NCBI RefSeq assembly: GCF_001194135.2
Contig: NC_068988.1
Location: forward strand, 24,522,296 to 24,586,295
From: Octopus bimaculoides
Lineage: Eukaryota
DNA length: 64,000 bases
Direction: 5' to 3'
In this document: positions 13,683 through 27,750 of the stretch, in pieces
Layout of the letters: each line of letters begins with the position of its first letter
How positions within the stretch are numbered: position 1 is the stretch's first letter
Made by a program: the position numbers and the translations under genes
The notes under the pieces: model-generated
The model's input: the letters and a program-made list of their open reading frames with translations, nothing else
Database searches by the model: none
Told to the model about the DNA's origin: nothing

Positions 13683-14861
13683 GTCCTCACACATAAAACG
13701 CTTCCACGTGGANNNNNNNNNNNNNNNNNNNNNNNNNNNNNNNNNNNNNNNNNNNNNNNNNNNNNNNNNNNNNNNNNNNNNNNNNNNNNNNNNNNNNNNN
13801 NNNNNNNNNNNNNNNNNNNNNNNNNNNNNNNNNNNNNNNNNNNNNNNNNNNNNNNNNNNNNNNNNNNNNNNNNNNNNNNNNNNNNNNNNNNNNNNNNNNN
13901 NNNNNNNNNNNNNNNNNNNNNNNNNNNNNNNNNNNNNNNNNNNNNNNNNNNNNNNNNNNNNNNNNNNNNNNNNNNNNNNNNNNNNNNNNNNNNNNNNNNN
14001 NNNNNNNNNNNNNNNNNNNNNNNNNNNNNNNNNNNNNNNNNNNNNNNNNNNNNNNNNNNNNNNNNNNNNNNNNNNNNNNNNNNNNNNNNNNNNNNNNNNN
14101 NNNNNNNNNNNNNNNNNNNNNNNNNNNNNNNNNNNNNNNNNNNNNNNNNNNNNNNNNNNNNNNNNNNNNNNNNNNNNNNNNNNNNNNNNNNNNNNNNNNN
14201 NNNNNNNNNNNNNNNNNNNNNNNNNNNNNNNNNNNNNNNNNNNNNNNNNNNNNNNNNNNNNNNNNNNNNNNNNNNNNNNNNNNNNNNNNNNNNNNNNNNN
14301 NNNNNNNNNNNNNNNNNNNNNNNNNNNNNNNNNNNNNNNNNNNNNNNNNNNNNNNNNNNNNNNNNNNNNNNNNNNNNNNNNNNNNNNNNNNNNNNNNNNN
14401 NNNNNNNNNNNNNNNNNNNNNNNNNNNNNNNNNNNNNNNNNNNNNNNNNNNNNNNNNNNNNNNNNNNNNNNNNNNNNNNNNNNNNNNNNNNNNNNNNNNN
14501 NNNNNNNNNNNNNNNNNNNNNNNNNNNNNNNNNNNNNNNNNNNNNNNNNNNNNNNNNNNNNNNNNNNNNNNNNNNNNNNNNNNNNNNNNNNNNNNNNNNN
14601 NNNNNNNNNNNNNNNNNNNNNNNNNNNNNNNNNNNNNNNNNNNNNNNNNNNNNNNNNNNNNNNNNNNNNNNNNNNNNNNNNNNNNNNNNNNNNNNNNNAA
14701 AAGTCACCGCAAAAAATGTCAACAGCGGCCTGAATCCATTACTTCATTATTATATAACGATTGTTTTGTAGAACTAGTGAAAATTTAATTTCAAAAATTT
14801 TAAAACTTTTTGTTCAATACTAAAAGTAGACCATTTAAACAAAGAACATTTAAATAAAGTG

Positions 14862-15050
14862 AAAGCGGTGCGTTGGCAGAATCGTTAGCACGCTCGGCAA
14901 AATGCTTAGCGGCATTTCTGCATCCAAATTACTCCGAGGTCGACTTTGCCTTTCATCTTTTCGGAGTCGATAAAATAAGTACCAGTTGAGTACTGGGCTT
15001 AATGTAATTGATTAACTCATTTCCTGAAATGGTTGCTTTGTGCCAAAGTA
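14862..15050 (+). mobile_element. SINE family A
   Basis: Head gcggtgcgttggcagaatcgttagc plus core gactttgcctttcatcttttcggagtcgataaaataagtacc. Confidence 0.85.
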
Positions 15051-15419
15051 GGCAGTCTTAAGCTTAAACTGATATTTCACGGAATAAAAAAAAATATTAT
15101 GTAGCACATACTTCATTACTTTGTAAAATTATAATATACCTTGAAAGCTGATTTTAGCAAATGTTATGTATGTTGGAAAAATTGCGCTGTTTTTCCCCCG
15201 TTCTTAGTTATATCACCGACTGACGCAGCGTAAGTTTCAATCATTGTATTCTTCAAAGGTTTAAGAATATAGTTCTACTTTGAAACAAGAAATCTACTTC
15301 GAGTGATCTGGTGAAAGATCAGTTTATATAATTTTATTTTTGAATGTTTAATATTCTGATATTTGTTTTACGTTTCCTTGGCCAATTAAGTTTCCCTAAA
15401 AACCTCTCAAATATGTATG

Positions 15420-15760
15420 GGAGCGATATCAAACAATGGGTAGCAAGCAAGATGTGATCCCATTGCGGTGGGATGCTGGGGGTCTGTAAACCAGTCCCTC
15501 TACAGAACTTACTACATGTTTGGCGCCACCAGGGCCGGTAAACGAAAAGCTATCAGATTGACTGTGGCGGCAGTAGAGGTTGCCTCAAAGTGGCTGTGGA
15601 TCAACAGGTTTGAGCTCTAGAAGGGACAGTGCTGCTAGAAGCAGTGCTGACTGGACACAAGTAGGTGCTTAATCGACTCCGGTTGTGTCGCCTGGATGAT
15701 AAAACAGCCAAAACACCTAATGAGAGCCGGTTACACCACTGCTGATGTGACCAGGGACAC
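15420..15760 (+). mobile_element. 3' end of a HERO/NeSL-like RLE-type non-LTR retrotransposon
   Basis: PIAVGCWGSVNQSLYRTYYMFG...KRKAIRLTVAAVEVASKWLWINR* resembles the P.EVGCRGF...AAE.AS.WLW..R C-terminus recalled for HERO-like elements; followed by a 3' UTR-like segment. Confidence 0.65.
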
Positions 15761-16271
15761 AAAGAATGATATGGGGGGGGTGAATATTCGATGTTTTATC
15801 AGTTAGTAAAGAAATCCTCTGCCAAACCATGTCGAACCAGTGGAGCAGAATAGGCTCATCAAAAGACTATGATCTCAAGCTCAGATTCACGGCCTCCACA
15901 TCAGACCATTGTGGCTGGAAAGAACATGCTGAAGCCCTCATCCTGCAGTGGACTGAACATGAGCAATCCAATTCAATCCAGTATAGAAATATGCGAGAGA
16001 AAAAGTAAGAGAAAAATCGAGAATCAATGACACTCATATGTTGTTTACTTTCTTTATCAACCCAGGAAAGAAGAAAGGTAAGGGTAACATGGGTCGGATT
16101 TGAACTCAAAACGTAAAGAGTCACTACCACAACAGTTTCTAACTTTTACGAAGAACGAATAATATTTTGTGAAGATTTTCTCGTACATCGACAATCTTTA
16201 AAACACTTTACGTGAGTAGAACTGATTTCTCAGGTACTGGATTTGGATTCGGAACATAAATGAGTGAAACT

Positions 16272-16275
16272 AGAA

Positions 16276-16310
<35 letters not shown>

Positions 16311-16454
16311 AGAAGAAGAAGAAGAAGAAGAAGAAGAAGAAGAAGAGGGGGGAGACGGAGGAAGAAGAAGAACAAGAACAAGAACAAGAACAACGACGAC
16401 CACGACCACGACGATAACAGCAACAATAACAACAACAAGAGGGGAGAAGGATAA

Positions 16455-16486
<32 letters not shown>

Positions 16487-17103
16487 CGATAAAGGCAAAA
16501 GAAGAAGAAGAAGAAAAAGAAGAAGAAGAAGAAGAAGAAGAAGAAGAAGAAGAAGAAGAANNNNNNNNNNNNNNNNNNNNNNNNNNNNNNNNNNNNNNNN
16601 NNNNNNNNNNNNNNNNNNNNNNNNNNNNNNNNNNNNNNNNNNNNNNNNNNNNNNNNNNNNNNNNNNNNNNNNNNNNNNNNNNNNNNNNNNNNNNNNNNNN
16701 NNNNNNNNNNNNNNNNNNNNNNNNNNNNNNNNNNNNNNNNNNNNNNNNNNNNNNNNNNNNNNNNNNNNNNNNNNNNNNNNNNNNNNNNNNNNNNNNNNNN
16801 NNNNNNNNNAGAAGAAGAAGAAGAAGAAGAAGAAGAAGAAGAAGAAGAAGAAGAAGAAGAAGAAGAAGAAGAAATAGGAGGAGGAGGAGAAGGAGGAGGA
16901 GTAAAAGTAAAAGAACAAGAACAACAAGAGCAAAACAAGGACAACAACGACAACAGGCAAAAATAACAAAAATAACAACAAATCTAAAAACAACAAAAAT
17001 AACAACAGCAACAACTTAACTTGAGCAACAACAATAACAACAACAAAAGAAGAAGAAGAAGAAGAAGAAGAAGAAGAAGAAGAAGAAGAAGAAGAAGAAG
17101 AAG
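16272..17103. repeat. Compound (GAA)n/(GAT)n/(CAA)n simple repeats with gap
   Basis: Direct; another (GAA)n at 22143-22223. Confidence 0.95.
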
Positions 17104-17867
17104 ATAAAAATGATTAGGAATAACAAGAGAACAACATAATGCAGTGATTTATTTTCTAAAATCAAGTCACTGGAGATTTTGATGATAAATGTTTTAAAAT
17201 ATATCTTACATGCTTACCTGTTCAGTGTTACAAACTACTTAGAGCCAATTTATCTTCATCAAGATTTATTCTTCACACCGCCATTCCACATCTACCACAC
17301 TCCAAACCCACCGCCACCATCACTACCGCCACCACCACCACCAACAACAACAACAACGTTGTTCTTTTTCAATTGTTCTACAAGACGGTAAATTATACAG
17401 AAGAGCCTGAATGTTATTTTAGTATTTGCAACCGAATTTATGGTGATTTCTTGGTTAATGTTTGCGTATGGTGGTGGTGGTGGTGGTAGTGGTGGTGGTG
17501 GTGGTGGTGGTGGTGCTGCTGCTGATGCTGCTGGTGGCCGCCGTCGTCGTCGTTGTGTTGCTTGGTTGGTTTCCAATTGTTGTAAGCACGATAACTTGGC
17601 TCTTGGGTGTCTTTAGCGGTATCCCATCACTTTTGAAAAGCATTTCGTTCTGGTCCCACAAATCTCCTCAGCTCCCAGTTCGTTTCTTGAATAGCTTTTT
17701 TCCCCATCGTTTCTTACATGACTCGTTCTTCTCGTTCTTTATTCGTTTTCTTTTCTCCAGATGGTATAGGAAACTCTGCAAAGAGCAATGGTGCCGCTCT
17801 TATTTTCATGACAGATCTATCTATCTGTCTGTCTATCGACATGTGTGTGTGTGTCTGTGTCTGTGTG

Positions 17868-18938
17868 TACAGGGTGTACCCTAAAAAATATATACACACT
17901 TTAGCAGCTGATAACTCAATTAATGTTTTTTTTTGCTTTGAAAATTAAATCCATTGGAATTAATGATGGCAGTCAGACTAAGCTTTGAACAAAGGAGATT
18001 CATTCTAAAATGCTAATGGAAATGGGAAAATGCAGTTGAAGTGCAAATACAGTTTAGGAGGGAGTTTCAAACAGATCCACCAACGTGACTTACCATCAAT
18101 CGAATTAGAGATAAGTTTGAAGCCGATAGAACTGTTCAGAATGTCCACGAGAAGCGTTCAGGAAGACCATGAACATCGACAATCCCCACAAAGCAAGAAG
18201 GAGTGCTGGAAACGTATCACTAAATTCCAAGAAAATCTGTGCGGCAAGCGAGTCGTGAGGTAAGTATTTCAAAATCGTCTGTCCAAAGCATTTTGAAGCC
18301 TTGTCAATGGAAAAGTTACGTTCTAAGATTAGTCCATGCGATTAATGACGATGATCCAGACTGAAGACTGCAGTATTGCGACTGGTACTTGGCACGATGT
18401 GTAGAAGATGCACACTTTCCAACAAAACCTGTGTGGAGTGATGCGTCGACAATCAAATTAAATGGTTCAGTTAACCACCACAATTGCATACCTACTGGGG
18501 GCTTGAGAATCCGCATGCATGTTATAGTGGAACACTATGTTAATTTACCAGGAGTTACAGTGTGGTGTGGTTTATCATCAAGAGGATTAATTGAACCATT
18601 CTCTTTTGACGCTACTGTGACTGGTCCCGTTTAATTGAACTTACTGCAACAGTCTGTCGTTGCCAAGCATTAGAGAAGTCTTTGAAGATGAGGAGTTTTA
18701 TTTTCAGCAAGATGGGGCACCCCCACACTACCATCATGATGTTAGATCCTTCCTTGATGAGAACTTGCCAAACAGGTGGATGGGACGAAAGGGGTTCATT
18801 GAATACTCTCCGCATTTACCAGACCTCACGCCACTAGCCCTTTTTTTTATGGGGACACTTAAAAGACAAACTCTACGTTATGAAACCTGCAACAGTCGCT
18901 GATTTGAGAGCAGCCATTGAACGAGAAAGCACACAAAT
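17868..18938 (+). mobile_element. Decayed Tc1/mariner transposon, DD41D (rosa/VS-like) group
   Basis: Begins TA|CAGGGTGTACC (terminal sequence typical of the group). Frameshifted transposase motifs [34 protein letters not shown] and FQQDGAPPH...RWMGR...PDLTPL(A), with 41 residues between the 2nd Asp and the mutated 3rd position. The right end is lost at a SINE. Confidence 0.85.
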
Positions 18939-18945
18939 TATTATT

Positions 18946-19405
18946 AAGGTAGCGAGCTGGCATAATCGTTAGAACGCAGGGCGAAATACTTAGCGGTATT
19001 TCGTCTGCCGTTACGTTCTGTGTTCAAATTCCGCCGAGGTCAACGTTGTCTTTCATCCTTTCCGGGTCGATAAATTAAGTACCAGTCGCGTACTGGGGTC
19101 GATCTAATCGACTGGCGCCCTCCCCCAAAATTTTGGGCTTTGTGTCTAGAGTATAAAAGATTATTATTATTATTATTATTAATATTATTAAAGCGGTGAG
19201 CTGGCATAATGTTAGTACGCCGGGTGAAATGCTTAGCGGTATTTCGTCTGCGACTACGTTCTGAGTTCAAATCCCGCCGAGATTGACTATGCCGTTTATC
19301 CTTTTGCAGTCGATTAAATAAGTACCAAGTTACGCACTGGGAACGATGTAAACAACTTAATCCTTTCCCCAAAATTTGAGGTCTTGTGCTTTCAGTAGAA
19401 ACGAT
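18946..19405 (+). mobile_element. Tandem pair of SINE family A (18946-19160, 19191-19405) with (TTA)n linkers
   Basis: Two consecutive full heads and cores. Confidence 0.9.
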
Positions 19406-19424
19406 TGTTCTTATTATCATCATC

Positions 19425-19462
<38 letters not shown>

Positions 19463-20295
19463 GAAATCTGATGGTATTATCTCTGATTTTATTTGAGACG
19501 CATTTCCTTTCTGTAGAGAATTCTATTAATGCAAAACTTCAAAAGCGATTCAAATTAATAATGTCTAACACACGTGCACGTCCGTGAGCATACACCCCTA
19601 CCCCACGCGAGCACACACACACACACACATACACACACATACACATACACACACAAGCACCACATGTGTGCGAAACACAGGCCTACAGTCATGTGTATTA
19701 CTACATGTGCATACGTAGAAACAGTGAAACTAACAGCCAGCGTCACAGATAGCAAAATTCATTAATTCTACTGTATATATTAAGACAGATTAACTGCGTA
19801 TATGATTTATTTCACTCTCCCTATCAGCTGGCGCTTGATCGCGTACCATCTTCATCCTTATTTCAAGATTAGCTTCATCAAACACTAGATTACCTACTCC
19901 AATATCTCCCTCCCAGATCCTGCTCTTAACAATGTCTAGTAATCTTTCTTGCCACAAATGCAACGTATTGAAATACCTTCAAACTCACTTCAACCAACCA
20001 AGATGTTCCAGCAGACGCAAGATGAAGAGGTGTTTGAACTGAACGTCAATTAATCACATAGATTTAACCAGTCAAGGAGGGACAACGTTGATAACGTGTA
20101 CTGATAAACTTATATAGTTATGTATATAAAACTTGTGATATCATATCTGCATAAAGACTTCAAAAAGCATGTTAACGCATACGTTTCTGTATGTGTGTGC
20201 ATATGTGTGCGTGCGTGCGTTCGCGTGCACATACAAACATACATACACACATACATACAGAGAAAAGGAACAATTAAGCAAATTTAATGACACAT

Positions 20296-20344
<49 letters not shown>

Positions 20345-20519
20345 CAGACGGATAACTTACTTTATTGATCACACAGGGCTGAACACAGAGGGGACAAATA
20401 CAAATGTAGAGCTTTTCTTTTCGAAAATGAAAAAGTAAAAGGGGAAAAAGATTAAAAAAAAGTAAAATTCTGATCAAAAGGGATCGGGAAAAAATGGTGA
20501 TCAAAAGGGATCGTGTGGA

Positions 20520-21900
20520 CATGGAGCGGTTGCTCTATGTCCATATTGGCACATTCGGGTGGTCCAGTCGGTACCTGTCAGACAGTTGGAAACGTCTGAG
20601 CAGGTCTTTGAGGCATTTGCATCCCCTCCTATTACTATCTCTGCCCACGTAGTCTAGATGCGTGTCCAGAGTGCGTTCCAACCCCCCACTAAAAGTAAAG
20701 GTCGAGACGTTCCCAGGAAAACCTCTAGACGTCGAAAGAAATCTGGCCAGCCTGTTAAGGACGGTGCATAAACTGTTATCAGTCGAAAAGCACACCCAAT
20801 TACTGCCATCGACATCCAACACGACCAGCCTACCCTCCGGGTCTAGGAAAATTGCTCTTACTTTGAGGTCCAGGCTCTTCTGAAGAAGCACCGCGGTGCC
20901 ACCTCCGCCCATTCTCGGCAGGCACGGAGAAAAATAAATGTCGAAATATCCGCCAAACATGTGCTGGAGTGCCCGCGGGCTGTGGAGTCTGATCTCACTG
21001 ATGGCTATGATATGCAGATTTTGTGACTTGATGTCGTTTAACAGGCAGCCTTGTTTCCAAGGCGACCCCAAGCCACGTACATTTATACTGCCTATTTTGA
21101 GCGTGTTCCTATCGAAAGTTGTGTTTTACACACGAAAGGAAGACGAAAAAGAAAGAGAGAGAGAGAGTCACTTACTGTCCGAAAGTTCTTTGTTCTTCAC
21201 CTCAAAGTCTTCTCCTAGAAGGTTTTTGTATAGTTTTTTTGACAGGTATGTTTTGAAATCGCCCAACTGCATCAGGGTAGAGAGATTTCAGGGTAGAGAG
21301 ATTTCAGGGTGCTCTGTGTGTTCTGTGCTATGTGTATGGCTTTAATGTGTTGTGGTGGTTTTGTGCGTGGATGATTCTTTGTTTTGGTATCAGTTTCTGT
21401 TATGTTTGACCTAATGTATTCCATTAGGTCTGGGTTGTTGGTGTTTATGGCGGTCAACATTGTTGTGGGGTTTGGTGTTAGTGTGTTTGTGTTGATGCTT
21501 TTGTTTTCTGCGGGTGTTTTGGTTTCGGGAGTGGTAAACCTCCCTGCTTTGTTTGCCTGCTTCTCTATTCTTTTTCCCATTTTTTTTACTTCCCCCTGTG
21601 GCCACTTGCCAATCATCTGTGTCGTCTTCATCTGATGACATGTCGGAGGAATCAGAAGGTGGGAGGGGAAGTGTATTGGGGTTTATATCTGAGTGTGTTG
21701 ACTTTGTTGTTGGTGTTGGTGCTGGTTGGTGACATTTGGGGTGTGGCGTATGGTTGTGGGGGATGGGGTATGAGTCTTTTTGTTTTTTTCTTCCTCCTTT
21801 GAAGTTGTTGTTGTTGTTGGCGGTGGTGGTGGTGACGATAGTGTTGTTTCTGTTCTTGGTGGTAAATCTCTGCAGATCTCGAACTAGGGTCCAACTATCA
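20520..21900 (-). mobile_element. 5' part of a Tx1/L1-like LINE (ORF1 remnant plus start of ORF2 APE endonuclease), decayed
   Basis: KIGSINVRGLGSPWKQGCLLNDIKSQNLHIIAISEIRL...GGGGTAVLL...DPEGRLVVLDV...DRYRLDHPNVPIWT is an AP-endonuclease signature; a low-complexity ORF1-like region lies upstream. Confidence 0.8.
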
Positions 21901-22046
21901 GATGCAATTTAAAACGAGACGTACACACTCATACACTCACACAGAAATATAGGTGTGTATAAGTGTATGTGTGTTTGTATGTGGGTGTATCTGTGTGCGT
22001 GCGTACGTGCGTGTGCGAGTGTGTGTGTGTGTATGTGTGTGTGTGT

Positions 22047-22077
<31 letters not shown>

Positions 22078-22517
22078 TATACGTGAAGTTTCTTCTCGGT
22101 ATTCCGTTAAGAAGAAGAAAAAAAGAAGAGGAGAGGAGGAGGAGAAGAAGAAGAAGAAGAAGAAGAAGAAGAAGAAGAAGAAGAAGAAGAAGAAGAAGAA
22201 GAAGAAGAAGAAGAAGAAGAAGAAACAACAGCAACCGAATGAAGAAAGAAAAGGAACAATAAATAGCAAAAGTAAACTGAGATAAAAATAAAAGGTGGAA
22301 AATAAAAAGGAAATGCTGGATGCGATGGTTGGAACTAAAACCAAAAAATAATCCATGGGTTATCATCTCCTACGTCTACCAGATTCCATTAGATTAGCCT
22401 TTAGAGGTTAGGTCACATCAAATCCCAAAACTAGAATACGTAGTTTCATTGTCAATTCTACGTATTCCATGTAGTCTCATGATTTCCGTTATTCAGTTGT
22501 TCTTGCTGTTGTTAGGA

Positions 22518-22577
<60 letters not shown>

Positions 22578-22738
22578 ATGTTGTTGTTGTTTTTGTTTTT
22601 GTTTGATTTTTTTCATGGCATAATCTATTTTATGAGTTATCTGTCACCAACATCGGTGTTTCGTCACGACAAATATTAATAAACTAGGCTTTCTTTACAT
22701 TCTGTGTCCACACGTACAAACGCGCGCGCGCACACACA

Positions 22739-22771
<33 letters not shown>

Positions 22772-23569
22772 TGCACACACATATACGCATATATACATAT
22801 ACATGTATTCATATATACGCATATATATATATATGTATGCGTGTGTGTGCTTGTGTGTATACACATATATACATACATACATATAAATACATACATATAT
22901 GTATGTATATAAATATATATATATCTATGTATAAATGTGTGTATAGAGGGATTATTATTGTTGTTGTTGTTGTTGTTGTTACTACTATTATTATTATTGT
23001 TGTTGTTCGATTATCGACACATATTGCACATCGCTCCAATAAGTTTCTCTTTATATTGCTTCACAAAGTTACATATCGCACATTTTTTATCGTTATATTA
23101 GATAAACTAACCAGGACCTTGGGAACCCAGTTAGTTTTTCTCCATCTGTAGCCCTTAAGAGCCAATTTGGGGTTTGTTTAGCGTAACAAACCCCTCAATA
23201 TCTTGCTTTAAAAAAAAGAAAGATGATGGACGAGGATTGTTCGTCTGTTGAAAAGAACAGCCAGTTATCCGCACAACAGAACAACTAAATTGTAAAAGCC
23301 AGTGACAGCATCAGCAGCAGTAACAACAACAACAACAACAACAGCAAGAACAGCAATACAGCGTGTGAAATGTATGAAAGTAACTTTCTGTTGCTTTCAG
23401 CACCATCTTCACCATCGCTGGGCAACAAAAGAAACCAATGACAGAAAAAAGCAACAACGCTAGCGAGAACACTGCGCCTCCACCATAACTGTCAGTGGCA
23501 GTAACAAACCCACCACCAACAACAACACCAACATCATTAACAAAGAAACAAGAGCAAGGGAAATTAACT

Positions 23570-25520
23570 ATGCGGTTCCGCCGCCGCGACGCGGCGAGCT
23601 CGTGAAGACATTCTTATAAATGAAAATTAATTCAGATGTGCAAAATGCATCTTGGGGAAATGTGGTGCTGAATGTCCCTAGACCTGTTCAGCAAAACATC
23701 TATATATAAAACAATTGGAACGAAAAGTAGAAGAGTAGATGAAGCGAGACACCAGCAAATTGAAAAATGCTTGCTACCAGATTGGAAGAGCAAAAAATAT
23801 AGAATTATCGAAGTGAGCTTCGCTTCAGAGTAGAAAACCAAAAATCACTCAACAGCTACACAAACGAGTAATGAATTGATCCTTATCCTTATTTACTTTG
23901 ACAGAAGGGTAGTCAAAATAAAAACATTCAATACACCACTAGAAATCAACATCTGCTTGTTCGTGGCAGCAGCTCTCGACATAGAAGAGAAAACCACTAG
24001 TCTGCAGATACAAAAAATACAGAAGCAGAACTGGTTTCGACAGGGTGTCCAGCTATTAATACAGGTAGATAATCCAAGCGTCGAGGCCATACCGGACTTC
24101 GTAAGCCTACCAGACGGCACAAAGCTTCACTTTGCTGTTGAGGGCAGAAAGCCGAGGTAAATCACTTCAAAGGCTTTTGCTCAGAGCGAAAGAAAACAGC
24201 ACTACTGCCGACACTATCGCCACCACCACCACCACCACCACCACCACCGCAACAACAACAATAACAGCTGAGACAGCAGCAACAACACCAACAAAGGCAG
24301 ATGACCACAACATCACCAACAACAGGACCGAAACTAAAAGCTGTGAAAAGAGCAGCTACAACATCAACAACACCACCATCAAAACAACAACCGCATCAGA
24401 ATACGCCAAAACAACAACAACAGCTATCAAAAACCTCCCAAGACATACCTCTTCCCTCTTTGGACCACTCTGACATGGTCAATAATGAAGGATACGGTGA
24501 CGAACCTAAATGACAAACGATTATCAAGCCCAAGGAAAGAAAGGGGAACAAAACTAGATCAACAGAAAGAAAAAAACAACTGGAAGATACGAACAAATGG
24601 GGGAGATGCTTTTGAGCAAGAATGCTGAAACACAGCCCCCCCCCCCAATCACAGCTACACTGATAGTCACCATTATACACACAGTCATAGACACCACCAC
24701 TGCAAGCATAACCTAATTCATTAGCACGACAGTTTGATCACAAATCCCAACACTAACAAATTTTTAACATCAACTACGTGCCATAAACACAACCAGTAAA
24801 GCTCAAATAGAATACATATACAACCATACAGACATCCCTCACAGCAATTTCATCACATCGATAATCAACATACCTACACACATAAAAATCATACAAATAA
24901 CGCAAAACACTTATAGCATTAAAAAGCAAATTTTCTAAGACAGGATATTTTACAAAACAAAAAAAAACTTTAACAAAAGACTTTACAAAGAACTGCTCAT
25001 GAAAACGCTTACATCTAACCAGAAGGACGAAACGCCTATTCCCTGCCCATCACAAAACTACAGTAAGTATCTCTCTCCTCTTATCTGTCCATTTCGTTGT
25101 CTAACATGGCCTTGCTCGTAGGAGGCAGTATAAATGTAGGTGGTCTTGGGTCGCCTTGGAAATAGGGACACCTACACAATGATCTAAGGTCACTAAGTTT
25201 AGATGTCGTGGCTATCAGTGAGACTAGACTTTCCGACCAACGGGCTTTCGTACCCATTTTCGGTGGATATGGGATTTACTTATCTCCATGTCAACCGGAA
25301 ATAGGAGGGGGTAGAACTGTGTTGTTCTGGAGAGGTATAGATCTCGTGATAAAGGTCCTTCTTCCTGGACCCAAAAAGTAAGTTGATGGTTCTGGACGTA
25401 AATAGTAGCGACGAGGGCGCTTTCAAACGTATGGCTGTTTATGCTCCGACAGGGGCAGAACAGCCGGATTTCTTCAGACGTCTGGAAGTTTTCCTGGGAA
25501 CGTCTCGACCTTAAGTGCTA
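23570..25520 (+). mobile_element. 5' part of a related Tx1/L1-like LINE (ORF1 remnant plus APE start), decayed
   Basis: ORF1-like ...IPDFVSLPDGTKLHFAVEGRKPR. From 25106: MALLVGGSINVGGLGSPWK*GHLHNDLRSLSLDVVAISETRL. Nucleotide similarity to the minus-strand copy (gacgtctggaagttttcctgggaacgtctcgac). Confidence 0.78.
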
Positions 25521-27564
25521 ATGGGTCAATTGTCAACAACAAAAGATGGTTTACCCTGGAAAGGACATTTAAAGTAGAATCAATTAGATTCTTTCCGTTA
25601 CTACTTCGCGCACCTACTTACAAATTTTATTACATTATCACATTTTCTTTTATTAATTCGTTTTACACTATCCCATAACTATGAGAAGTCTTTTCCGCTG
25701 ATGACTCTACTGTGCAGCTTGTAAGACAAATAGAAAGCTGAATCTCTTGAAATAAGCTAAGACGATGAATATTAATCAAACCCTCTCCATACCACAGTGA
25801 CTCCAGTACTGTTACCACCAGCCAGAATTCAAAATGTTTGTGATGCATTGCTAACTTACACAGAAATCTGGTTGCCTAATTTTCCACTACACTTTGAGTT
25901 TTCTTTGTTCTCGTTTGCATTTATAAGATTTAATTTGGAGGATTTGATTTTTTTCTTCGATTTTAATATCACTATTAACATTAACATTGTTAGAATTATC
26001 AGATGGGCTTTTATCGTTTTACTTCCTGTAATGAAAACTATAAAGAAAGAACGAAAGAGATAAGGAAAAGAAAACACAGAGAGAAAAACAATCAAAGAAA
26101 GACATTAATAAAAGAAAAAGAGAGCTAAAATGATTTAATTAACTTCAGCCTCCAATGAAGCGATTCCTGTTCCTTTATTGTTCTCCAGAGAAAATTCCCC
26201 CTCCTCTCGACTTAATCGTCGCTAAACCAAGTTGCATCTTGTTTGTGTTCTGTGATTCTCTTATCTCGTTAAGCTCTCCAGTATAGTTGGGCTAACCATT
26301 GTGCCATTTTAAAAATCATTACAGTAATTTACTAGCGAAATTACCAATATTTAATGGCATTACAAGTCAGAAATAAATGTCCATTCTTGCCAGGAAATTC
26401 CGCTGTGAACTTTTACAGCCATCATATTACTCAACCACTGTTATTATTCTCCAATTTTCTCCCAAACATTATCATCGCTGCCAAACTACGACTACTGTCG
26501 CAGCTGGCTAAAATACACTTATCTATTACCATAGTTGCCGAAAAACATGTCATTACAAACATATTTCTCTAAATAACAGATCACCACTACAAATACGTCT
26601 AGATCACGCGTTTCTTTTCCCAACATGGAGCTTCATTTTAAACTAATATCGATGTTGTTCAAATCTTAAACCCCCTAACCTATCTAAAACTATCCGTGTT
26701 TCACATAATTACAATAATTATCACTTTAACACATAACACATCATCAGTCTTACATCTGCTCAAACCCCAAAATGATTTTTATATCAATCCTGGTATTTCA
26801 CCCGTAATTGCACTGCTTTCACACGCATATAATTATTTCTTACATTAGTCCTCGTATAAATAGAGGAAGAAATAATAATTTCGATGACATTCTTCTATTT
26901 CTCTGGGTTGTTAGTAATGTAAGCAAAACAGTTACTAAAGGAAACCCAAAGAAGCCACCAAATACACTAAGTGACCATCAAAGCCACGTCATCACTAGTA
27001 AACCAGCGATAACAATGTGGCTACAAGTCTCAAATGTAAAAGAATGAAAGTATATAACTTGATCGTTAAGGATTTCCTAAAATCATTAGTGATGGAATGC
27101 AAACGGTTAATATTAAAACTCGAAACCAGGTCACTTGCAAAGTTTTCTCCAAGAAGTTACGATTATACAAAACAAGCACGCTTCCGAAGTTTAATATCTT
27201 AGATTGACATAAGGACATAAGATGTCAGGTTTACTGAATGCAACAAATAGACTGCTGTAGATTTTATTTATTTCTGCCAAGAACATTCGTAAAGGATTGA
27301 AGATGAGGTATTGTTATGTTTCCACGAACAGCTTGATAAAACAAGGTCAGCTATAATTTTCTATCTATTTTCTAATTTTTTAACTTCGAGATATAATTTG
27401 CATTCTTCCAAGCGTTCACCTTCTTCTCTATGAATCGAGTTCTTAACTGATCATTGACTCACCTTCATTACTCTGGGATGTTTTTTTTCAACACTAATGG
27501 CCAGGCCTACTTCTATTTACTAAAACTGCGTATGCTGTTGGTCATCTTTTACACTTCTGCTCCG

Positions 27565-27710
27565 TTTTAAGTAATCAAAGCCAAGTCATATGCGAAGTTT
27601 AAGTCATTGATTTGGTTGTCATCTGTACACGCAAGTCCACCATGATGGTCTAGAGACTTCATCAAAATATATACAAAGAATATGTTCCTTGGCACAGACA
27701 TTAATTGTAG
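27565..27710 (-). mobile_element. RTE-like LINE RT fragment (YADD region)
   Basis: Minus frame ...NQINDLNFAYDLALI matches the L.DLDFADDLAL pattern of RTE-clade RT. Confidence 0.6.
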
Positions 27711-27750
27711 CGAAGATGTAGAGAGAGAAATTAATATCAAGAAGGGTATT

